A DNA stretch of 62,628 nucleotides, filler included, from Choristocarpus tenellus KU-1152 (lineage: Eukaryota; Protista; Phaeophyceae), in the NCBI GenBank assembly GCA_964200185.2. It is 10 parts of 10 records of this genome, joined end to end, with 100 filler letters (N's around TTAATTAATTAA, not from the genome) between each part and the next. Parts side by side here need not be neighbours in the genome. Positions count along the whole stretch, not along the records: positions 6,462 to 14,750 come from CAXNAD020004895.1; positions 14,851 to 19,345 come from CAXNAD020014298.1; positions 19,446 to 24,165 come from CAXNAD020013349.1; positions 24,266 to 34,515 come from CAXNAD020003041.1; 6 more parts are not named here. One strand, 5' to 3'. The position numbers and the translations under genes are program-made. Below the pieces are notes generated by a model. It was not told the DNA's origin. It did not search any database and saw nothing but the letters and a program-made list of their open reading frames with translations. Below, piece by piece: positions 12,853-25,690 of the stretch. How positions within the stretch are numbered: the stretch's first letter is position 1; each line of letters starts with the position of its first letter.

Positions 12853-13789
12853 CATGTGTAATGTGATGTAGTTTGGCACAACCTAGGCACAGAGTCAGGC
12901 AGACAATGTCAACTCTTGCCGATTGGAGAGATTTTATTGCATGCATTGCTTCTTCAATTGTTTGATGAAATAGGGTAGGCACACTATCACAAATAGACCC
13001 TTAAGAGTTACAATACACACAAGACGAAGAAAAGACTTGGTAAGGATGGTGCATCTCACAGCCCACCATAAATGTTCTTGAAAACATCTAATGCAGAGAG
13101 GCATACATACTATCCAATGACATAGAACATGAAAAATTTCCCTGGAGTCACTTTTGAAGATCAGTTTTAATTTGAATCTGGAAAATTGAAGGGCGTTAAT
13201 ATTCTATAGGGTGTAATGAATGACGATCAACATTTTGTTCTTGGTCGGAGCAATAGTTCTAGAAATGAAATATAGTAGGTTCTTGATGCAAATGATTCCA
13301 ACCTCCACTGCTGGGCCAGTGATTGCATGCTTTTAGTGGTAATATGTGTAGCACTAGCCTGACCATTCGATGGTAGAAAGCAATACGCCTTTTTATCACA
13401 TTAAATGCAGAGCAACCCATAATAACATGAGCAAGATATTCTATACCATCCTGATGGATTGAACCCTATCAAAAGAGAAAGAACCTTGACTAAAATTGAT
13501 TCAGATGTACTGCTAATAACACAGGATCTTCTGAATTCAGAGTTGCTCATGAAACTAGAGTAAAATTTCCTAGAAATTGTTTTTCGAGTCGTTCTGTTCT
13601 GTGAAAGGGAACAAAAGTGAATTCTGATGCATAGTGCACTTCATTATTACTTGTGAGAACCTTGTTGAAACTAAGCCCAGTCTAGCACCATGTCATGCAC
13701 ATGAGTGCACTCTGTTGGAAACTAAAACACTGTTGAAGAGCACTATTTTGTCCTAGTGTACCTGTCCCGCTGTTTTGTTGTGGTGAGTG

Positions 13790-14710
13790 ATGCCTCAGAA
13801 GGGATTTTATGCTCGAATATGGAAGAAGGGCCAGACTGGAACTGATCAGATGCATGTGATCCTTGATTCAAGATGCTTTAAAACAAATTTATTTGAAGAT
13901 TCTTTTGGATGCCAAGTAGTCAACAATTTTATTTTTCCCACTTCACAAAATCTCTGCTGTAAGAATCAACACATTTGTCTTTTCGACAAGATCACTGTTA
14001 AGGGACAAAAATTACTGTTCCGATTCTTAAATACCTCTTTCGTTCCCTAAATTCAGTGTTACTCTACATTATGTACGAAGATAGATGTTTTTTAGAGTAT
14101 AGAAATAAAAAAAACGCTTGGTCACTATTCTCACATTCAGATTTTTCACCCCCTCAGACCTCCACATGGACACAATAGACACACCACCACAGTGCCTCAT
14201 TAGCTGGCATAGATGAAATTGGGAAGGGTGGGTCGACTACATTCCACCTATGCAATGCTTCCTCACGCAGAAGAGGTTTTTGCTGGAATGAGAAAGGTAG
14301 ACGGACTGGATGTGGACTGACTTGTGTGGATCTTGATTGAAGTTCCGTCAGACAAACTATTGACCAATGAACAACTGAAGGGTCTAGGGCGAGGAAAGTT
14401 CTAGACAAAATATTGTGTTCCTATTGCAAAACAAAGTAAATATATAATCGACACAATGAACATCTTTTCGAAAATATTATGGTTCAGGGTAGAAAGACCT
14501 GCTCCAATTCGTACAAAACTCTTCCAACACAAAATTCATTGATACACAATAGTCAACAAATATTCTTCAGAATTAGAAATAGTTGAAAAATACGCTTGGT
14601 TTTTATTCTCATGTTGACTATCTTTAAATCCCTCCAAGTTCCCCATGGACATATTTGACACACCATCACAATGCCTCATTAAACAGCCGATTTCAATAAT
14701 TGAGGATGGA
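13790..14710. repeat. Diverged direct tandem duplication, period ~480 bp
   Basis: Paired blocks, e.g. ACGCTTGGT..TATTCTCA (~14114/~14592) and CATGGACA...GACACACCA.CACA.TGCCTCATTA (~14165/~14644), with weaker similarity back to ~13800/~14275. Confidence 0.75.
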
Positions 14711-15849
14711 GCTTTTCATTGAGGATGGACTTGACCCAAAATTGACTGGGNNNNNNNNNNNNNNNNNNNNNNNNNNNNNNNNNNNNNNNNNNNNTTAATT
14801 AATTAANNNNNNNNNNNNNNNNNNNNNNNNNNNNNNNNNNNNNNNNNNNNCTTCCACTTTATTCCCCTACCAGCAACGTACTTAAGTGCTGTATGGTAGC
14901 ATGAATCAGGAAGAAAGGCACTTTTTGCGAGAAATATTTACGCGCGCGCTTAAACTCGCGTGAATATCTCTGGAAGTTTGTGCCAAATCGCCCGAATACG
15001 AGAATTCCGGTACAAAGGCCTATTTTTTGAGCATGTCGAAAAAAGCGGTACAAAATTGCATATTTTCCGATTTGGTTCATAATATTTGGCACAAAATCGG
15101 GGGTAGGTACTGTATCTCTCTTTTACTTCGGTTCTATATCGCTAATATCATTTGTATGATAATATAGTATCGTATACTATTTTGTTGTCAAACATTATGC
15201 AAGTCGATGTACAATGATTCTCCACTACATGAATTTTGTATATTTGAACTCTATCCATGTTAGACACTTTCCATCTGTTTCCCATTTTCCTAACTACACG
15301 AGGCAAGCACTATAGATCGGTGCACCTGTTCTATCCTGTCTGTCATTGTGCAACAATATCGTCGCACCAAGAACGATGTGGCAAGACTTATTTGCCCATT
15401 GCCAGCGACACCAAGGCAGGCCTTGCACAACGTTTGAGGGAGGAAGTGAAGTGATGAATGGTGGGATGGCTAAACCCAATCCTCAATCAGTAAGAAGGAA
15501 AAGGGGGCTACATCACAACAATTAGTTATGATTATTTAATAGGTAAGTATATGATATTATACCCTCTAATATTTTGCAGATGTATCAAGGGGAAGAGGCA
15601 AACTACTATCACAAGGACCCATGTAAAAGTAACAATTGTCGTAAATGTGAATGGTATCTCTCTATGATCTATTTGCTATTTTAATAGATACTATAAACAC
15701 TCCCTTAAAGTTAGGAAATATAATAAGAACTGGGACACCATGTTGTACCGATATACGTCCATCTACTTACATACCCCGTTTGTTCAAAGCAGGCTTGGAA
15801 GTCCTCCCATCTGATTTACGGGAGGTGCTGCTAAGAGGGGTGGTATGAA

Positions 15850-17660
15850 GTGACCAAGCTCAAGCAAACTTTGAGGACGCCTGGGAGGAAGGGCATGGAA
15901 ATAACTGGTCAGAAACTCCCAAAATACCAATTTCAAGAAGGCGTTGAAGACACCTGGCAGACAGCTCAAGTCGATGAGAACATCTGGCTTGCAAAAGTTT
16001 CCTAATACATACGCCAGGAAGATGAAAAACCTTATCGACCATGGGCACCAAGCTGGTTTCTCTCGGGAGCTGGAAGGGTTTTTAGACCAAGAGAACCAAA
16101 CAAAGTGTTTGAACACATTCACGACCAATCTGACCAGGTACTGAGAGGCCAAGCAGTCTCGTCATGGAATGGTGGAGGAGTTATTTCGCAGTGCTGCATC
16201 CTAACGAGTCAATATATCTCAGCCCTCAAAGTGCTGAAGTACTTGATCAATGACCCACATCCATGACCCTTGCTAATGAACCAACAATGATGTGAGGTGA
16301 ATCAAGCGCTCCGGGCTATTGGGAAGGCCATTGGTACATACAATCTAACAGCTGAGACACTAAAACTTGGTCAACATAAGGACATGCCTATCCTCCAGGG
16401 TCTCCACTCTATTATGTTGTCTGTGTGGGGCCAGGAAACTGCGCCACGGGTCTGAAAGAACGCAGTTATCAAAGTGCTCCGAATTAAGAAGAATTGGACT
16501 GACTGCGGTACCTGAAAGGGCATCTCATTGGTGCTACATGCCGCGAAAATACTTCTCAATTTTGTTGAAGGCGGCTGGAAGATTACCTGGAAGGGGATAA
16601 TTTTTTCATGAGGAATAGTGTGGTTTCTGGCCCCAATGTTCTACAGCAAACATATTTACACTGCATATGTCATCCAAGAGCTCAACCAGGAAAAACATGT
16701 ACCTTTATTCAGGTGTTTTATTGATGTACAGAAAGCATATGATGAGTCTGTTGATCGTGACCTCTTCTGGGGTATGCTGCCCAAATGTGGTGTACCTGCA
16801 AACATTATTTTGTCATTTGTCAATTCCACGATGGAATGAGGACATGTGTTTGCATGGATGAAGGCAAGTGCACAGAGTGGTTGGGGGTTGGACAGGGTCT
16901 TAGACAGGTCTGTTTTGCTTCCATCCTCCACGACATCTTCACCTCAGTATTAAGAGTAGCAGGTACGGAGTGCACTTCTGACCCAGATATCCTCAAGGAT
17001 CTTGTTGTCATCAAGAGAGACACCACAAACAACCATATCAGAGAAGAGGGGCAATGGAGAGTGTAATAATACTCGAGTTCCTCTTGTGGGAGTTACTTAA
17101 TGCTTAATGATGTAGGTATCGTGCCCAAGACCCAAGGGCGCTCGGCCAAGATGATGACAGTGACCGTGAAGTTGGCCAGATCTTTAGGTCTGACCGTGCT
17201 AACTCTAAAGTGGAGACAGTGTATCTTTCATCTCCTAAACAGGGCTTCAGATATGAGCAGACTGATGGATTTGTTTACTTTGGGGGCACCATCAGTGACG
17301 AAGTCACTATCACTGCTAAGATCAGCCAGAACATGCAGAAAGCTTGGAGTTGTATTTTCAAATGGTTCCAAGTGCTATATGACAGAACCTCGGGTGTATC
17401 GAACTCAAGATCCGGATGTTCAAGACTGAGAGACTTGGAGCTCTGTTATATAGCTTTATAACATGAACATTCATCCCAGTCCAATTTTCTGAAGGTTCGC
17501 TTTCATCACGACAAATTCCTCCTCCACTATATTGGATACTGCAAACGGGAACGCACCAACCATGTTATCTTCTACAAAGATTATATTTGAAGACTGGGTG
17601 TGGGAGTATTTAGGCAACTGTGCACAAGCGGGACTTCTCTTTCCTGAGCTCTGGTAATGG
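15850..17660 (+). mobile_element. Decayed non-LTR retrotransposon (RTE clade) reverse transcriptase region
   Basis: Frameshifted RT motifs: QELNQEKHVPLFRCFIDVQKAYDESVDRDLFW..L.K.GVP (~16670-16800), QFHDGMR.CV.MD.G.C.EW.GVGQGLRQ (~16820-16906), degenerate YADD region (LNDVGIV ~17103), FVYFGGTIS (~17270). Multiple stops. Boundaries approximate. Confidence 0.88.
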
Positions 17661-19515
17661 ATACAAGAAACACAACTCAAGAAGAGAATACAGTGAGAGA
17701 GTAGTATTCAACAGTCAGTGATGATGGTGGTGGTGGTAACCTGGGCGACCTTGTCAGCTGTTTAGCATGCGTACATTAGCTGTCACAACTTTCTTGGCAT
17801 GCACCCTTTGCGACAAAGCTCGCTGTGCCACCAGCAATGCACTTATACCACAATGGCCCTGGTGATCGAACCCTTAACCATAAATCCAAACTTCTTAAGG
17901 TGGTTCTTGGAGGCATATCCACCAGGTTCTTCTCCCTTCTAACTGCAAGGTCGCCAAGCATCAACACCTTGGGGAGTGGTTCACCCCTAGTGCGTGGAAC
18001 TGACCTGATATCTTACTCCATAGTAGTAGTCTTTTTCTTCTCTCCCCTTCGTTATATTCTAGGGTGGTAGTGCCATTTCAACTATTGTGGGTTCCTTTCC
18101 CCCCCTCTCCTCTCCTTTTTTCTTCCTTCACGACTTTGCTCTCCTCCTTGTAGTCCTTGCTGCCTTTTTCAAGCAGCGTATACTGCCTTCTTTGAACTAC
18201 CTTTTTGACCGCAGGTCTGGGATCCCTCAGTACAATACATAAAATAACCGTAATAAAACAGCAAAAAGGAATAATATTGAGAATCGGTGCATTGTGCGTA
18301 TGGTGTGTCTGACCATGGGTCGGGATAGTCCCCGGACTAAAGTGAAGCAAAGATAAGTTATACTGATGAAGAGGGTGGTCTAGAATATTATTCTTTTGGT
18401 TGATTCTATCTGGCAGACCCCTAGCCTGTCACACCTTCAACATTATTTTTGAACTCCCTGCAGGCCACTTTGAAGGTCAAAGGTACTCACCGACCCTACA
18501 GCTGTACATGTACATTTTGGTCGATCATAAAAATTTGCACAGGCAGGCACAGACTTCTCTTGGCACAGTAGTATTGGCACAGTCCCTCCCTGTGCCTTTC
18601 CTCCTGGTGCTGCTGAAGCAACGCAGGTACTTGCTGGTGAGGTTTTTCGTACTCTTTCTCCTCAGACACGGATCATACAGTTTCCTCCTATGACTTCCCT
18701 CCTGGTGCTGCTCCAGAACTCTGGTCGCTTAGTGGCAGTTGATCTCTTTCTTCTGTCTTGTCCCCAGGGCAGCCTCTACAGGTTTATTCAGGCACACCTT
18801 GTTGCTGTTTCTTTCCTCCTGGCGCTGCCGGGGCAGAGTAGCTGCAAACTGCAGGAGGTACTTCCCCTCCTCTTTCCCCCCTGGTGCAGCCCACCCCTGT
18901 TACCGCCCACAGCATTACTGCGCCCTGCAGCACCCCATCCTCGCCATAGAAAGTCGGCAGTAGCCCAATATAGTTGTTGCAAGTGGCACATAGGATGTGT
19001 AATTAAAAGAACTATCACTCAACAGCATTGTCACAACATTTTTTCGTGGGTGTTTGCATTTCTCTCGACAGGTGTAATGTTGGAGCAAAACGTGTATGAT
19101 TGTCTCAGGAGGTGCAGGGCTCATAGTCTTCTAGTCTTGTTTTCACGTATGACCAACGGGGTAGATATCTGTAAGTGCTATCATACCTCCCCAAGGTATA
19201 CATCGATTTTTCATACGGTCCCTCTTTCCTTCTATTATTAATAATAAAATATATTGTCTTGGTGGGTTTAAGTATCTGGGGGGGGGGTGTTCGCGTCTGT
19301 TATTCACCCTCTTTTCGTTTTTCATTATTTTTGTGTTTTTTGTTTNNNNNNNNNNNNNNNNNNNNNNNNNNNNNNNNNNNNNNNNNNNNTTAATTAATTA
19401 ANNNNNNNNNNNNNNNNNNNNNNNNNNNNNNNNNNNNNNNNNNNNCTTCTGTTCTCTTCTCTTACCCCCCCCCCCCCTCTAACCCAATAAAATATTTGCC
19501 TGCACTATTTTAGCT

Positions 19516-19701
19516 GTTGATAATGGTGACAATGATGTTTTAATTGGTGTTGATAATGGTGATAATGATGTTTCAGTTGGTGTTGATAATGGTGATAATG
19601 ATGTTTTAATTGGTGTTGATAATGGTGACAATGATGTTTTAATTGGTGTCGATAATGGTGACAATGATGTTTCAATTGGTGTTGATAATGGTGACAATGA
19701 T
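19516..19701. repeat. 33-bp minisatellite, ~5.6 copies
   Basis: Unit GTTGATAATGGTGACAATGATGTTTTAATTGGT with point variants. Confidence 0.95.
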
Positions 19702-20395
19702 TGGGTCTTAACAAACCTAAAAGTAGTTGAACTACTTAGGTTGAAGGTTTAAATATGTTCTATTTTTTGTATATTTTTTGTTTCTTATTATTATTATTAT
19801 TGTTATTACTATTATTTTATATCATACTGAGAACAACAATTCAGAAGAGAAAATATTGGAACAATTGCCAAAAATAATTTTGCTAGGTGAGCCTGACTGG
19901 GACTGGTCTGTGTGTGTGTGTGTGTGTGTTTATATTTCAAGAGCACTATGTAATAGGTTCCTTCTAACAGGACCTACCTAGGACCATCATGTTACACTAA
20001 TTATAGCACCAATCTTGTATGGGTTACTGTCTACAGTAGTCCCCAACTTTACCTTGTGTCTTGAACGAGTTTACTCTTTGTTCCTGGAATAATAGTAGGC
20101 CAATCAGATGCTGTGAATATGGATATTGTGACTCTTCGGTTTCTGATTAAAAGAAGTACATTATATATAAATACAGAAACTTATCAACTGGTTGTTACTG
20201 TTTAACAGAATGCGATGTAGTTGTTGTTGGTGTCTAAGTGTTGAATTAACCTTTTTTATAACCAGGACATCCAATGCTGTGGGTGCACCCTTCATATACT
20301 ATTTTTTCATTTTTTTGTAGCTGGAGATTGGTTGATTGATATTTGCAACTGGTGAATTGTGATTGGTGATTTTTTTTATTTTTTTTGGTGGACAG

Positions 20396-23300
20396 GGCGA
20401 GAGGGTGCCGATTGGACAGTGGTGATCTGAGCTACCTGAGTCAGAGGGTTCGACGCATGGTTAATGAGGTATCACAGGAAAGAAAGCGGCCTGTACTTCT
20501 GGAGACCACCATTGTAGCCAGCAATGACATCAACGAGGAAACCCTTCACTCTCTCAATGATGTGGTCAGTACATATCATATCGGATCATAATCATATCAT
20601 GTCCTATTCACTGCTTTCTACGTATGTCTTGAATTGGTTTTGTAGGAACTCAGTACAGAACTGCTTTTTATTTTTTGTCAAAATATTTTATTTTTCTGTG
20701 GCATGCTTATGACAAAATAACATGTTTATTTGGGTAAGTTTTTTATTTCTGGAAATTGTTCTCTTTTGTTGAACCACCCTAACAGTAACACTATCATACC
20801 TATATTGTATTTTATTTTATTTACCATAGGCTATACTCCTTTTTTCCCTTTCAAATCTATAGTATCTCTCTGGAGACAATGGGTTTTTTCTTCTCATGAA
20901 CTTAGGGTAAGGGTCAGTCCTGTTCAGAGTTCACAGTATGGTGGTATTTTTAGGGTGACTATGTCCCTCACTCTCTTGCACCTAACCCTAACCCTAACCC
21001 TGGAAGGTGTGCCTGTGGTGATGAGAGAGAGAGTGTGTGTGTGGTCTAGAGGAAATACACAATTCCGTGACAATCTTCACTCTATTTCTTTTAACTTCAA
21101 AATGCACACTAGTATAGGGTTAGGGTTAGGGTTAGGTTTATTCTCCTAGGCAGTATTTTTTGTTAATAGTTCATGTTAACTGTCTTTTCATGGGTAGTGT
21201 GCAAGGTTATCAGGAAATCTCTGTCTTTTCTGCCTTGTTTGAAATATTCAGTTGGAGGATCCGTATGACACGGTGCCTTTTACCGACAGTGGTACAAGTG
21301 ATTGTTATATATATACCATTAACATTTCTCCTTAGTCATACGGTACGGCCATCTAAAATCAATATCCCAATTGAAACATTATTAATATTATTATTATTAT
21401 TTTGTCATTGTATGAGTCTGAGGCATCCCAGACCCATTGATTAAAAAATAATAATAATAGTGTAATGAAGGGAAGCACTCTAACCCTAAAAAGGAGGAAG
21501 TAAGGACCATGTGCATGAAAAGAAAGATCTAGCAGTTGAGGGGAGAAAAAAAGCCACTTAAAAGAAAAAAATGAAAGATATCAGAAAAAGTAAGAACAGA
21601 ATAGAATAGAACAGGTAGAAAGTGCTTCTAGCCCAAACCTGTGCCAATCTCTCTTCTCTCTCTCTCTCTCTCTCTTCCCCTTTGGGTATTGAAATGGTTG
21701 ACCTTGAGATTTGTGCACATAGGGTCATTCCATTGATGCGTTTGGCATAGGCACCAATCTGGTAACATGTCAAGCACAGCCGGCTCTGGGATGTGTGTAC
21801 AAGCTGGTGTCAATAGAGGGTACACCTCGGATAAAGTTGTCTCAGGTGATGCATAGGGGTTAGGATTAGTTATGCTAAGAGATTAATGCAATGAGTTGAT
21901 TTCGTTGGTTAATTGAATAGAAAAAAAAATGGTGACAGACCAGTGCAGATTGATTCGGAAAATATTATTATTTGTAGTGGTGTTCCGTACTGTATCAGTT
22001 CCATCAAATTCATTTTATTTTAATCAGATTTCATCCTAATCTTGAACAAGAAAAAAAACAGATTGTTCTTTTTTTTATAATTGCAATGCAACGTGTGAGA
22101 AGTGTGTGACTGCTGAAGGTGCCACAATTAATACCAATACCAGCAAGTCACACTTCATTACAAATTTCACTACACATTTCATTACACATTTCACTGTTCG
22201 TGACTTTGGATCTGCCTGCTGAGATGTTTGAGGTTTTCTACTCTTATTTTGACTCACGGGTGTCACTGATGACTCACTCATCTTTTTTTATTTCACTTGT
22301 ATCATCTCGTGCGTCTACAGTTTACGATATTTAGCGCGCATCGCCTCATGCATGTCAAGAATAAAATAAAATATATATATATTAGAAAAATTGAAAATGA
22401 AAAATGTTTTTGGTTGACAAACATGCAGCAGATGATCAATGGTTTTGGAGTGAGAAAAATAGTGTTGATTGTGTGAAATATATGTATATATTGGTAATCT
22501 TGATATACGTTTATTTCTGTATGTTTTTTAATATTGATAGAAAAAAAATGAAGTTCCGTAGATACCAAATTTGAATATTTTTCTTTTTTTGTTTTTGTTC
22601 TGATAATATTTTTCTTTTATTTCTTTGAGGTGAGTTGAGACATGAGTGCTTTCAAGAATTTGTGGAATTTTTGAGTTTGATGAATGGTTAGCATCTTGCA
22701 TTGTAATTGGTTCCGTTTCATAAGAAAATAGTGATGCAACACATATCTACTCATTTCATATACACATTAGAATTTAAGAAAGGATTGATATTTTATTGTT
22801 ATTTAAGGAGCGGAGGTCTTGACTCCAGAAACACCCTATGTTGTAAGCAAGTTTAGAATTTTATTTTTATATTGAATTCATTTCTTTGCTTTTATTATTT
22901 TCCATATAATGTTTTGTGGAGATAATACCTTTTTTTATATTATGAATCACAATGATCTTGGTTACCCAACCAACAAAAGGAATCAGACAAATACCCCCCT
23001 GTTGCCAACATGCTTGTTAACTCATAGCATAAACCTATGTACTCTTACACTATATATATATATATATATATATAGCTTTTTATGTATTATGTTGATATGG
23101 GTGTACTTAGTTGGACACTTAAGATTGGATAAAGAACATAGAGACCTGTATGAATTCTTGAACAGAAATCGCTCCAAAACATCTTTGTAAAACCCAGGTT
23201 CAACCACCTGCTTGAACCTCATTCAAACCCTCACCAGTCCTCGCCCAACTCCCTCCCCCTCCCCCTTCCTCTGTCTCCATGCAACAGAGCAAGTCTAAGG

Positions 23301-23421
23301 TGACTATCCCAGGTAGGAAGTGGGTGTACCGGTTGGTGGGTAAGGATGGTGTACCAATATTGGACCTGGTGGTGCTTGATGGGGAACTTGCACCAGAGCC
23401 TGGCAAGCCAGTGCTATGCAG
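20396..23421 (+). CDS. NAPRT: Nicotinate phosphoribosyltransferase, internal exons 20396-20564, 21723-21845, 23288-23421
   Basis: Motifs [62 protein letters not shown] and [12 protein letters not shown] are diagnostic of eukaryotic NAPRT. GT-AG junctions in frame. Confidence 0.96.
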
Positions 23422-24046
23422 GTCTGTTGACCAGTCCTTCCCCTCACCTCTCCCTCAAGTTTATTTAGTCTTCGTTTGGCACAATAATTACACCAATAAT
23501 AATAATGATAGTAGTAATTGTTTGTACCACTTGTTCCAATGAGTATTTCGTGCGTGTAAGGTTGTTACTTCGAAAAGTAGTATTGATTTTGTTTTATTGA
23601 TTTTATTATATTATATTATAACACCCTAACCGTAACACACGCACACACACACACACACACACGTATTGTACATAAAATAATAATTTTGATGGTGTAGTTG
23701 TAAGAGTCATTGAAAGAGATCATTTTTTAATCATCCGTAAACCCTGTGGTGACAGTGGTCAGTATGATTTATTACATTGGTACTCACTATTTTATTGGTG
23801 CTAAATTTATTGCATTATTTAAATCTCAGAAAATAGTGAGAAAATAGTGATGAAAATCTCGAGAAGGACTGCCTCGCGAAGTTTTTTTTTATTAGTTATT
23901 TTTTTATGAGGAACCCGGTTTTGCTGCAACTGACCTTTGGAATTAGGGTTAAGGCTCCGTTTCAAATCCTGTTGATACGATGTTATTTTTTGTCCCAAAC
24001 ATGTCAATCTTGTACACAGTAGTATAGTATATAATAATAATAATAA

Positions 24047-24058
24047 CAGTAGTAGTAA

Positions 24059-24140
<82 letters not shown>
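24047..24140. repeat. (AGT)n microsatellite preceded by (AAT)n
   Basis: Direct inspection; explains the poly-Leu ORF on the minus strand. Confidence 0.95.
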
Positions 24141-24141
<1 letters not shown>

Positions 24142-24275
24142 ATCCCAAGGTAGGCTTAGCTAAGGNNNNNNNNNNNNNNNNNNNNNNNNNNNNNNNNNNN
24201 NNNNNNNNNTTAATTAATTAANNNNNNNNNNNNNNNNNNNNNNNNNNNNNNNNNNNNNNNNNNNNAGAGGTCAAC

Positions 24276-24460
24276 ACCCGAGGTTCTGGGGGGGGGGGGG
24301 GGGGGGGGTCTACACCAGGTTGTCCATTTGGTCCAAAATCAGGAAAAGTGCATTTACACTATCCATCCAACGTATGTAACCAAATCCCTCAAATATTGTG
24401 ACATGAAAAAATTGACCCCAAATGGACAGCCGCCACCCCCCCCCCCAGATACTTTGAGCC
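24276..24460. mobile_element. MITE family A
   Basis: GGGGTCTACACCAGG.TGTCCATTTGG...AAATGGACAGCCGCCACCCCC...CAGATACTTTGAGCC, colinear with 33852-34031. Confidence 0.85.
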
Positions 24461-24673
24461 TCAATATGGAGAGGACCAGAGAGATTTCACCCCAGCACAT
24501 CTGCGACAGCTTTTGCAGACTACTGGGAGATCGAGGACTCATCGAGAAACGTTGCGGGTGGCACTTCAAAGAGCTCCAAAATTATCAAGTTGGTCAACCT
24601 CACAACCCCTATGATGCTGAAGCCCTCATTAAGCAACGAAACATGTGCATGTGTGGCAATCGCAGATGCACCA

Positions 24674-24932
24674 GAGTGAACATACCTTAGAGGGTACAGG
24701 TTTTGTCCTGTTTGTCCATTTGTGACTTGGCTTCCCACGGGTTTCTTATGACATTTTACCTGCTCCAAAATGTTTCAGAGTAGGAAAATATGTATACATT
24801 ATGCAAACGTGTGTGTAGAACAAGGATATTGACACTTTCTAACAAATACCATAGCCAAAATTACATCAAAATCGCGACATTGGATTTGGCCACCAAACGG
24901 ACACAGCTCTACCCTCTATGATACTTCGACTT
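24674..24932. mobile_element. MITE family B, diverged
   Basis: GAGTGAACATACCTTAGAGGGTAC...TTTGTCCATTT...GCTCTACCCTCTATGATACTTCGACTT, colinear with the other B copies. Confidence 0.82.
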
Positions 24933-24949
24933 GGAACACTGGTCGAGGT

Positions 24950-25690
24950 GACTGAAGCAACTGTTGCCATGGGAAACAAGAAGGGTAATGGGAAGATACG
25001 ACCGCCCAACAAAAATTCTGAAACTTGGTCTTAAACGATGATGAGATCATCCTCCAGTGGTTCCGCAAGACTTTGATGACTGTGTAGTACTAGGAAGGAA
25101 GATGTACAGCAGGCTTGGAAGGACGTGATGATCAAGGACCCATACAAGAGATCATGGAGAACCACTGAGTCATCTCTATGGTGGCACAACCACCAAAGGT
25201 ATTATCAAGGCTGGCGCATCATGACTGGGGGCTGAACAGAGGGACATATTCCGTGAGCAACAGTGTAGTCTCCGGCCTTGAGGCTCCACATTGGATATGG
25301 TACTCATGCAAACGTGCCCTCCAGAAGCTCAGACTGGGAAAGTGTGTTATTTTTTTCGCGCGTTTTATTCACATATATGAAACATATAACTCTGATGACT
25401 ATGTTCTCCTGTGGATTGTGCTTAGCCAAGTTTGTAGTGCGTGAGAAGATGATCCCCAGTATTTGCAGGTCCATGTTGGAATATGTTATGGCAGAGAGTA
25501 TTGAGGTCAAGCAAAGCCCTTTGACAAGGGTGAGTTCTTGCCTCTCCATCCTGTTCAGCGTCATCTTTACTGCAGTGCTAAGCATAGTGGATAAGGAGTT
25601 CAATATTGACCTAGCCATCTCCCAGGAGAACAGCAATAAGCAACCTGGTCAGAGGCATGAAGAAACAGCAGAGTGGGAAAACGCTTGATT
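24950..25690 (+). mobile_element. Second, more decayed RTE retrotransposon RT fragment
   Basis: FARFIHIYETYNSDDYVLLWIVL (degenerate FIDL.KAYDSVDR.LLW.VL) and ILFSVIFTAVL (LLFNIFFAAV-like); nucleotide resemblance to 16310-16990 (e.g. AAACTTGGTC). Confidence 0.7.

Noticed and set aside
19479-19714. Repetitive ORFs (SPLSTPIKTSL; His-rich) and a CRISPR-like look
   Set aside because: Translations of a 33-bp head-to-tail minisatellite with no unique spacers.
23819-24148. Poly-leucine ORF
   Set aside because: Translation of an (AGT)n microsatellite.
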